Source: Octopus vulgaris (Eukaryota). From it: a DNA stretch of 62,000 nucleotides. The stretch lies in the NCBI GenBank assembly GCA_951406725.2, contig OX597834.1:40134001-40196000 (forward strand), in the 5' to 3' direction. Under the pieces are notes generated by a model. That model had not been told where the DNA came from and made no database searches. It worked only from the letters and a program-made list of their open reading frames with translations. This document shows positions 51,335 to 62,000 of this stretch, piece by piece; the stretch's first letter is position 1; each line of letters begins with the position of its first letter. A program made the position numbers and the translations under genes.

Positions 51335-51998
51335 TACATACATAGACGCACTGTTTTACACACACGCACACATACAAAACATTTTACACACACATATACA
51401 TCACACACACACACACACACACACACATACATGCAAGTACAATACATAATTATATATACGTACACATACAACTCACACACGCACACACACGCACGTATAC
51501 ATAAACGCATACACATGTATATATATACACACAAAGAGCATTCCGTCGGTTGCGACGACGAGGGTCCCAGCTGATCCTATCAACGGAACAGCTTGCTCGT
51601 GAAATCAACCTGAAAGTAGCTGAGTACTCCACAGACACGTGTACCCTTAACGTAGTTCTCAGGGAGATTAAGCGTGATACAGAATGTGACAAAGTCGGCC
51701 CATTTAATTACAGGTACACACTGCTCTAGTTCACTCAGCAGTAGAAACGAGTTGCGACGTCACAGGTGCCAAGCTGTATCGGCCCCTTTGCCTTTCCCTT
51801 GGATAACATCGGTGATGTGGGAAGAAGAGGCTGGTATGCATGGGCGACTGTTGGTCTTCCATAAACAACCTTGCCTGGACTTGTAGCTAGGAAGGGAACT
51901 TTCTAGGTCAAATCCCATGGTTGTTCATTTACCCTTACTTTTAAATATATTTTTTTGTTTTTTAATTTTGTTCTAAGAGAAGAACCTTTTAACAACTA

Positions 51999-52564
51999 TT
52001 GGGTTGTCCAGAAAGTTTGTGCCGATTTATAGTAGCTTACCTTTCGACTTAATTTAGAACATGGCTGAGTCCTTAAAATAGGATTTGACTACACCTCCAT
52101 TTAGAGCACAGCTTAAGCTATATTTTCGTGGAAGAAGGTTTATGTTCCTGTAACCTGTGTTAATTCTGTAACCCTTTAAAATGGAAGATAAGAAAGTTCA
52201 TTTTCGGCACTTGATGCTTTGGGAACTAGACATAAATTGCTGCAGCTCGGCTGGGATGTGTTACCCCAGCCTCCATATTCACCAGATGTTGCTCCTTCGG
52301 ATTTCCACTTATTCAGGTCTCTGCAGAATAGTCTTAATGATAAAAATTTCAATTCCTTGGATGACGTAAAAAGATACCTTGATGAATTCTTTGCTATGAA
52401 ACCACCTCAATTCTAGGAAGAGGGTATTTTCAAGTTAAAGGAAAGATGGAGACACATTGTGCAACAAAATGATTCATATTTGGTTGATTAAAAATGTAAT
52501 GGCAAGTATTTATTGACCTTTTTCTTTCCTTTAAAAATCGGCACGAACTTTCCGGACAACCCAA
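51999..52564 (+). mobile_element. Internally deleted mariner element (566 bp) with both terminal repeats
   Basis: 30-bp inverted termini with 2 mismatches and TA on both sides. The N-terminus MEDKKVHFRHLMLWE abuts the C-terminal LPQPPYSPDVAPSDFHLFRSLQN. Confidence 0.95.
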
Positions 52565-53140
52565 TAGTTTTATAGAAACTGCTTTCAAAATCCCTATTTT
52601 GTTTTTCACACATTAACTAATGTAAACTGAACTATGGAAAATGTGAGAGACAGAATCCAAGCTGTTTCTTGCAATATATACCAGTACATACATCTGAAGC
52701 AAAATTTTTTCATGAACCCCCTAAAATATTACTATGGTTCTCCCATTTACTATTCTGCTTGCATGGACCCCCAAAAATCTTTTATGAATTCTCAGGAATC
52801 ATAAGAACCCTGGTTGAAAACTACTGTATAAGATGTACTGATGCTAAAGATTGTACCTTTTCATTCAGCCATATGCCTTAGGTTGCACCTAGGGCTATAT
52901 AAATAATTAGGGGTCAAGTTCAGCTGAAATGGGGATGATTAGGGGTCACACAACAAATACGCACGAGACAGTTTACCCTTTCTTTGTGCATGGCTGGTGG
53001 CAAGATAATTGGCAGAAAATTGATTGAAATTAGTAAATTGCTAATAATTACTAAATTGCAAATAATTAACTGAATTACTAACGAGTAGGCAGGACTTGAA
53101 CTTCTGACATAACAGATAAAAACTTCAGAACGAAACTTAC

Positions 53141-53164
53141 CGAAAACTGGAAATGTCTCCATTT
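53141..53164 (-). CDS. Candidate 24-nt micro-exon (KWRHFQFS in phase 0, or METFPVF in phase 1)
   Basis: About 190 nt of pyrimidine-rich minus-strand sequence ending ccctcattgtaaacag, then the consensus donor gtaagt. Confidence 0.33.
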
Positions 53165-53751
53165 CTGTTTACAATGAGGGAAAAGACAACAGAAGATGGC
53201 AAAAGATGCTGAAGTGAAGAAATAGCTTGGAGCAAGAAGGAAGAAATAACTGAAGAGATGAAGAAAGTTTTTGGATAAGAATTTCGAAGGATCAAAGAAG
53301 AATGACTGAAGAAATCAAAGAGAAAAGAAAGGAAGAAGGAATCAAAGCAAAGTTGCCACATTGCCAACAGCAACAATGATTGGTTTCAGAGGTCTAAGTT
53401 CAAAGAGATCAGAGAAGAAAAACTAAAATTTTAGTGAAAATCTACACAGTAAGGATTGCTGTTGTTGTTGTTGTTAATGGTATTTTATTAGCATTATTAT
53501 TAGTAGTACTACATCATCATCATCATCATCATCAGTATCATCATCCTTGTTGGTGTTCGTGCTGTTTCTTTAGGTTTTGGGGGTCTTTCCTTTTTAACTG
53601 CCATCATTATCTCCCATCCCTGTTTTCGCAAACTCAATTCTATATTTACCTCCTTCATTTTTATCATTTTTCCCCTTGTAATATCTCCTCGTTGTTGCCC
53701 TTGTGGCAAATAAAGAAATCATCATTTTAATTATCATCATCATCATCATCA

Positions 53752-53803
<52 letters not shown>

Positions 53804-54162
53804 TTCTGCCTTAGCGAAGGCTGAGGTATTGTTTTCAGTCATATTGGTTTGTTTGACCGTGGACAAGATATCTCAAGAACTGCTGGATGAATTTGGATGA
53901 AACTTCTAGGGATATTTGGCCTCATGACTGGCATGAACTGATTAAATTTTGGGACCAATCCGGTACCAGACAAGGATTCTGGATTATTTTTTCTTGTTTT
54001 TCTTACTTAATTTTTGAGAGCAGTTGGATTCATTTTTAGTATTCTCATTTATGAAAAGAGTCGAGTTTATTTCAGATCTTCTCATTTTAAAAATCATCAC
54101 CAGCTAACCATTGAGAGGACATTGGTGTTGCCTTGGCGGAAGTTTGCGCTCTCTTACTGCTG

Positions 54163-54202
<40 letters not shown>

Positions 54203-55513
54203 TCGTTTAACACGTTTTCTGTGCTAGCATGGGTTGAGTGGTTCGACCGGGGTCTGGGAAGCCAGGAGGCAGCACCAGGCTCCAGTTTGATCTGGCAGAG
54301 TTTCTACAGCTGGATGCCCTTCCTAACGCCAACCACTCCATGAGTGTAGTGGGTGCTTTTTATGTGCCACTGGCACAGGTGCCAGAGGAGGCTGGCAGCA
54401 GCCATGATCGGTTGGTGCTTTTTACATGCCATATTATTATTGAGTGAGGGAGCAGTGCATGCCATCGAAGTGACACTGGGTTAAAATATACGAAGCCCAG
54501 TATACCCATCATGACTATCCGTCTGATAAGGGTAGACCAAGCACATGCATCACAACCATACGTGCGCGACATGGTGATCTCATATCAAAGTAAACAGCAC
54601 ATAACCTTGCAGGTGGGGCCCAGTTAGAACTTTCTTCTGGTCGAGTAACCCATCCTGCTCAGCTCAAGTTGTTACAACCCAGTTCAATGCTGAATCTCTC
54701 TCCATCAGCAACAGTTCAGTTCTGATCATCTTCCCCATGGTAAGCCCCACCACCTTTTCTTGACTGTATGTGATTACCACCACCAATGCCACTACCACTG
54801 TCACCATGGTAACAAGACCATTTCAATCACCACTGTAATGACACTCCTGCCACACACCACTGCAATAACCACTGTGAAAATTACAACACTACCACCACCA
54901 CCACAACTACTGTTACAGTAACTACAACACCATCACAACCATTTGTACTACCACCACTGAAAATACCACTGTCACCATAGTAACAAGACCACAACAATCA
55001 CCACTGTAACCACACTCCTCCTACATACCACCACTACAACCATTGCGAAAATTACTATAGTACCACCACCGCCACTACAACTGTTGCCATATCTACAACA
55101 CGATCTCTACCATTAGCACCACCACCACCACCACAAACAGCATCACCAACATAATCGATAACAGCAGGAACTATACCACTCGCGCTGCCATCCTCTCACC
55201 CCCCCCCCCACTGCCCTCGTAACCTTTGCAACTGCTTCGCAAATCCTTGATATCATTTTACGTATTGAATTAGAATTTAAAATGTATTTCAAGGAGTGTT
55301 TCTTCATGGAAACACACACACACACACACACACAGTGAGATATGCATCATCATCATCATTTAACATCTGCTTTCCATGCTGGCATGGGTTGGATGAAGCT
55401 GGTAAGTCTGGGAATTGCACTAGTGATGCTATATTTAGACGTCAGTGTACATGAGCAAATATACACAAACACATATCCATGAAATTAAATATATACATAC
55501 ATACATACATACA

Positions 55514-55548
<35 letters not shown>

Positions 55549-55750
55549 GTTTGTGTGTCCATATTGGTTCCCCCACCCCATCATCGCTTGACAACAGATG
55601 CTGGTGTGTTTATGTTCCTGTAACTTAAGATCCCAGGACTTATTCTTTGTTAACCTAGTACTTATTCTATCAGTCTCTTTAGCCAAAACACTAAGTTACA
55701 GGGACTATGTGGCTGTTTGGTAAGTAGCTTGGGAGTACAAACACAGACAC

Positions 55751-55794
<44 letters not shown>

Positions 55795-56355
55795 GATGGG
55801 CTTCTTTCAGTTTCCGTCTACCAAATCCACTCACAAGGCTTTGGTCGGCCATGCAGCTATAGTAGAAGACACTTGGCCAAGGTGTCATGCATTGGGAATG
55901 AACCCAGAACCATATGGTTGGTAAGCAAGCTTCTTACCATACAGCCACGCCTACATACACACATTGTTATGGGAGAATCCTGAACACCCCCATGTGACTG
56001 AACGTGGACTAACCAATTACAATAAATAAAGACTGAGTGAACTGTCAACAAGCGTAGTTGACGGTGTTAGTCTGACTGTGTTGGTTTACCATATTGCTTT
56101 GACGTGTGTTGGTTTAACAGTCGGTAGTTGAACAGTGAGTACTGAGTATCTTACCTACGTTTGGGAGTAGTATGGAGTGCATTCTGTGTTAAGGTATGTT
56201 TTGTGGTAGGTTATTTTCAGATAACCACAACCAACTATATATTAGCGTAATATGATTGTACACCAGACGTGTATACCCAAGTCATAACATATACAAGTAC
56301 ATTCAAAGATACAAGTGTACATATGCAACTATATACGAACACCTCTATCTCTTTT

Positions 56356-56402
<47 letters not shown>

Positions 56403-57567
56403 GTGTGTCTGTGTGTTATATGTGTGTGTGTGTGTGTTTGTGATACATTTATCTCAGAACCTCCCCAAAACTAGAGAATGTTATCTCAGCTTAATAAGAT
56501 TAAACATGAAGAAAAACGACCAATATCAATGTAAGTAATCTCCACAAATGGTAAATCTACAAAAAATTTTCACTTTACAAGAATGAAGGACAACTAAAAT
56601 ATAAAAATTCACAAACAAGCATAATCAGCCAAACATATATCACTATGGTTTCAACACCTGGACTCTGTGTGTGTGTGTGTGTTAAAGTAATGAGAAAAGG
56701 CAAACAGTTAGTCAAGGCAGGCTCAAAGGGAAGTCACCACTAGCCATTTTTTGAGCAAGACAATCACACAGCTACAACTTCAAATGCTGTTCTAAGTGGA
56801 ATTTTGGTGGCACACCTATTTGAGTATATTCATTAGCTTAACTCATCTTGATGAAAATTCCTCATATCCTCTTGTTTTTTTTTTTCTGTGTCCCTTTCTG
56901 TAGAAGAGCATAGGCTCGAAATGTAAAAGACTTTTTCAATTCTTGAGCGTTATACACCACCTGTCTTCGTCTTTTGTTTTTTATCACACACACATACAGA
57001 CAGGTGTATTTAAAGATCCAAGGGAAAATATTATACCTGTCCTTACCATACAGCCATGTCTGTACCTCTCTCATAAATATATACACACGAGAGGGTGCTG
57101 AAATGTTCCTGGCTTTAAGGGTATTGTGAAAGGCCTGGTCGAAGGCCCAGCCTTCTGATTTCTTTTACAGGGCTTAGAAAAACTGAAGGACCATGTGTGA
57201 AAATGAGTAACAGTTTTGCAAAAATTTTGCAGCTTTAATACAAGAATATATCATCATCATCATCATTTAATATCTGTTGTCCATGCTGGCATGGGTTGGA
57301 TGGTTCGGCAGAGGTGGTATGCTGGAAGGCTGCACCAGACTCCAGTCTGATTTGCCATGGTTTTCTACAGCTGGAAGCCCTTCCTAATCCCAACCACTCT
57401 GATGGTTAGGTGCTTTTATGTGCCACCAGCATGGGTGCCATTTGCATGACACGGGCATGGCTACCAATCTGTGTGACACTGGTATCTGCCATGACTGCGA
57501 TTTTGCTTAGCTTGATGGGTCACCTTCTCAAGCACAGCATAATGCCAATGGTCTTGATATATTATAT

Positions 57568-57871
57568 ATCACCGTGACCGACCAGGCTATCAGATGTTGT
57601 TACACATCGCTGGTCACAATGTGCTTTGCATTGTTTTAGCCTTCAAATGACGCCACCCTGCTGGCTAAGCAAGCAGGCCAACAGTAGAAAGAGTGAGAGA
57701 AAGTTGTGGCGAAAGAGTACAGCAGGGATCAACACCATCCCCTACCGGAGCCTCGTGGAGCTTTAGGTGTTTTTGCTCAATAAACACTCACAACGCCCGG
57801 TCTGGGAATCGAAACTGAGATCCTACGACCACGAGTTCGCTGCCCTATCCACTGGGACATTGCACTTCCAC
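57568..57871 (-). mobile_element. tRNA-headed SINE (family E-related); fragment also at 28260-28340
   Basis: Minus-strand head gtggaagtgcaatgtcccagtggatagggcag...gtttcgattccc. Confidence 0.7.
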
Positions 57872-58557
57872 ATATTATATTATAAGGAAACGTAAAGGGG
57901 ACAGGTGGAGGAGGAGATTGGGGGTGGGTGGCTTGAGGATGGAGGATGCCCAAAACCAGGTAAGAAGGCAAGATGGTGTGAGAGCGATTGCTGTAAGAGT
58001 GAGGTCGATCTGACTGCCCCCACCCTGTTAATGGGGACAAATCTGGATTTAAAATATTGGAATTCACCATCATCAATCCACTGTTAATTACGAATGTGTG
58101 TGCGTGCATGGGTGTGCATGTGTATGTCTGTGTGTCTTCTTGCTTAGACATCACGTCATAGTTGTAAACAAGTGTCCCTGTCGTACAAGTGGCTTTGTTC
58201 GTTTTCCCTCTTCCATGTGAAAACAAGTCCAGCCAAGGAGAAAATTTACCTTGATTAGAAGCAGGTGAGGGTTGGTGATTGGGAAAGCATCCAGGCATAG
58301 GAAATCTGTCTTGGTGAATTTCATCTAATTCATACACGCATGGAAAAATAGGCATTAAAAGAATGAGGATGAGAATGGCTATGATGATGATGATGATGAT
58401 GATGATGCTAAATAATTATACAAACACCTCTCTCTCTCCCCCTCTCTCTTTCCCCCATCCCCACACACACGCAGAAGTTAATCAATAGAACGATTTCTCA
58501 ATTAATCTGTCAATGAAAAGATATCGGTAGAGATGAGGGAGAAAGAGAGAGACAGAC

Positions 58558-58595
<38 letters not shown>

Positions 58596-61530
58596 AACGA
58601 TAGAGAGATAAAGAGATGAGTTACAGTTAAAGAGAAATATAGATATGAGAGAGAGAGAGGGAGAGAAGGGAGAGAAAGGGGAGAGAGAGGCTGACAGACA
58701 GACAGGCAGTGAGACAGGGAATAATCCAATTTACTGATGCAGAAAAGAAATGTAAAATTGTGTCAAGATAATCCATTTGAAATCCTTCAGTTTGAAAGAT
58801 CTGCCATTGTCTTCAAAGTAAGATAACAGTTCCAGATTGGTGTGATGTCACAGAATGGCAGGATGGTGATTGTGATGGTGATGGAATTGATGATGGTGGT
58901 AGTGGTGGTGGTGGTGGTGGTGGTGATGGTGTTTTGGTTAATGGCGTTGGCAACAGTGATGGTGGTGGCGGTGGTGGTGTTGTCGGTGGTTGCAGTGAAG
59001 ATTGTTGTGATGGTAGTTGCCATGGTGGTGGTGGTGGTTGTGTAAGAGTAATGGTAGACTTCTACATATAATGTCATTGTGATATTTCAATCATGTCACA
59101 AGTTCAAATCCCTTTGACGTCAGCTTAACCCTTTTAACCTTTCTGGGGGGAGTCTATAAAAATAAATTCTGGGATTGAGTTAAATCAATTGCTTGTGCCT
59201 CCCAACACTCCCTGGATGTTATGCACTTGTGCCAACAGGTGGCAGCACGAGTAGTAATAACACAAGGGTCCCATACAGCCAGAACTACCTGTTATTCTTA
59301 GGAAACTCAATCTGTGATTGGTGATTGATTTAAATCATTAAATTGATTGATTGTGCCTCTCCACACTCATCAAGTATTCTGCTCTTGTGCCAACAGGTAG
59401 CAGCACAAGTAGACAGAACACAAGAGCAATACATCTTGTATTTAGATATGGTCCTGTCTGCTCTGAGTTCAAATACAGCCAGCATTGTATCTGCCCATCA
59501 TCGTTGGGGTAAAATAAAACAGCCCTTTTTATTATGAGCACAAGGCATGAAACTTCGATGGGGAAGGGGATAATCAATTACGTCGACCCCAGTGCACAAC
59601 TGGTACCTATTTTATCGGCCCCTCAAAAGGATGAAAGGCAAAGTTGACCTAGGCAGTATTTGAACTCAGGACCCAAAGATAGACAAAATTCTACCAAGCA
59701 TATTTTTTCCAGGTATGCTAACGATTCAGCCAGACAACCTGGCACAATCTGAAGATTGGTTCCCTCAACTGTATTTATTTAGCGCTTTCACCCCTTTCAG
59801 GAATTCATCCGATGATTGAAACAAACAATAAAAAGATAAAACAAACAGTTAACCTAAATATTATTGATCTGATAAGCGAGGCCCCTACTTCAGTGTAGAG
59901 ACATGGCCCCTATTTCAGAGTAAACCATACAATTAACCAAAAATATAAAACTAACTTAGCAGTTCAGCAAAAGGAATAAAGACCAGAAATTTTATTTACA
60001 AAAAAAAAACATACTGGGATCAATTCGTTTGACAAAAACCCATCGAGGTGGTGCCCCAGCATGGCGACAGTCAAATGACTGAAACAACCCACGTCTCTAC
60101 AATCATTATATCCTATTTACCTTGACCTTTGTCCCCCATCCCCCCCTGCCGTTTCTCTCTGTTCTTTTAACCCTATTTTCTCTTTCATTCTTTCTAGAAC
60201 CCTTTTTTGTGTTTTTCCCCTCTGTTTCTCCAACGCCAACCATTCCCCTTATTTCCCTCTGCTTCTCATCCTCATCCTTTATCTTCCTGTTTTCATCTTC
60301 TCATTCAACCAGAATCCTCCATTGGCTCATCCAACGACAACAATGGGAAAGAGACAGACAGGCTGACGCACAGACAGACAGAAAGGCAACCCATTTCCCC
60401 CGAGAGATTCAAAGAGAAATCCGATTCCAATGGTAAATGCGGAAGTTACAACAAAGCAAAGTGTGAAGAACTGCTCCAGTGTGTGTATATATATATATAT
60501 ATATACAAATGTATAAAGATATATGCGATCACATATACATATCCCTCGGTGCAGGATTCCATGGCTACATGTGTGCACAAACACACATGTGCATGTAGAC
60601 ACACACATGCACACACGCATTCACACATGCAAATACTGAGATGTGTTCACAGATAAATGCACTCAGGTAGGATACATAAATACATACATGTATACACACG
60701 TGCATGTACGTGTGTGCATGTATGTATGTGTGTGTATGTCTGTGTGTGTATGTATGTGTGTGTATGTATGTGTGTGTATGTATGTGTGTGTATGTATGTA
60801 TGTGTGTATGTATGTGTGTATGTATGTATGTGTGTGTGTATGTATGTATGTATGATGTATGTATGAGTGTGTGCATGTATGTATGTGTGTGTATGTATGT
60901 GTGTGTGTGTATGTATGTGTGTGTGTGTATACACACATGCATATGTAGAAATGCAGACAGGTAACCAATAAAGAAGCCACTAAGTGGTCACTTGATCTGC
61001 TAGAAACAACAGCAAAATCTCAATGTAATTACATGCTACCGTCTCAAAGAATGAAGTAATGTAATCCTAGATATACCCAGTGTGACAAAAAAAAAATGAA
61101 AGAATAAATAAATAGATAGCATGATCAGAATTGAAATATCTGCTGGACCAAGACTGACCTAGGGTTAAACAACCCCAAAAAACTTCAAAATCCAGTTTGA
61201 AATATTGGGAATATGATTCACTAAAACTCTTGAATAACATGGTGCCCCAGCATGGCCAGAGTCAAATAACTGAAACCAGTATAAGAATACATACAAACAC
61301 ATACAAGCATACACATATATAATGTGTGTATCTGTATACATGTGCCATTGGCAAATCTTCTTCTCCATCTTTGGTCTTTACTCTTTCTCCTTTCCGACGA
61401 AGAGCTTTGCTCAAAATGTCAAACTCTCTCCTTACACCAAGCATTGAGCTAATATGTTTCTTGTACATGTCCTCAGGTTTTTTTTTTTTTTTTTATTATT
61501 TCAGTTGGTTATTTGAATTGATTATACATA

Positions 61531-61754
61531 CTCTCTTTTACTCTTTTACTTCTTTCAGTCATTTGACTGCGGCCATGCTGGAGCACCGCCTTTAGTCGAG
61601 CAAATCGACCCCGGGACTTATTCTTTTTGTAAGCCCAGTACTTATTCTATCGGTCTCTTTTGCCGAACCGCTAAGTGACGGGGACGTAAACACACCAGCA
61701 TCGGTTGTCAAGCAATGCTAGGGGGACAAACACAGACACACAAACATATACGCA

Positions 61755-61814
<60 letters not shown>

Positions 61815-61976
61815 GACAGGCTTCTTTCAGTTTCCGTCTACCAAATCGACTCACAAGGCTTTGATCAGCCCGGGGCTATAGCAGAAGACACTTGCCCAAG
61901 ATGCTACGCAGTGGGACTGAACCCAGAACCATGTGGTTGGTTAGCAAGCTACTTACCACACAGCCACTCCTGCGCC
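61531..61976 (-). mobile_element. Full-length young SINE family B
   Basis: Near-identical to 6904-7347. tatacat is duplicated at 61523-61529 and 61977-61983. Confidence 0.92.
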
Positions 61977-62000
61977 TATACATGCATATATCATCATCAT

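Overview
Repeat-saturated, AT-rich animal genomic DNA, most likely octopus (coleoid cephalopod). The organism call is inference from SINE families I recognise, not a database match. Almost all supplied ORFs are microsatellite artefacts. The window is a mosaic of tRNA-headed SINEs (my working labels A/G, B, E), 3' fragments of RTE and HERO-like non-LTR retrotransposons, mariner and maT transposase remnants, hAT/piggyBac/mariner-type MITEs, non-autonomous Helitrons and Penelope-like terminal fragments. One convincing coding exon lies on the minus strand (41515-41659, protein not recognised), with several phase-compatible micro-exon candidates, so the window is probably largely intronic. The most unusual items are a 50-bp tandem array with an 8-bp hairpin per unit next to that exon, two hammerhead-like motifs with a compensatory stem change, several fold-back palindromes, a CpG-rich structured insert in a MITE, and an open HERO-like endonuclease frame with a structured 3' UTR. 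No CRISPR array, rRNA or functional tRNA gene was found. Repeat boundaries are approximate unless terminal repeats or target-site duplications are cited.
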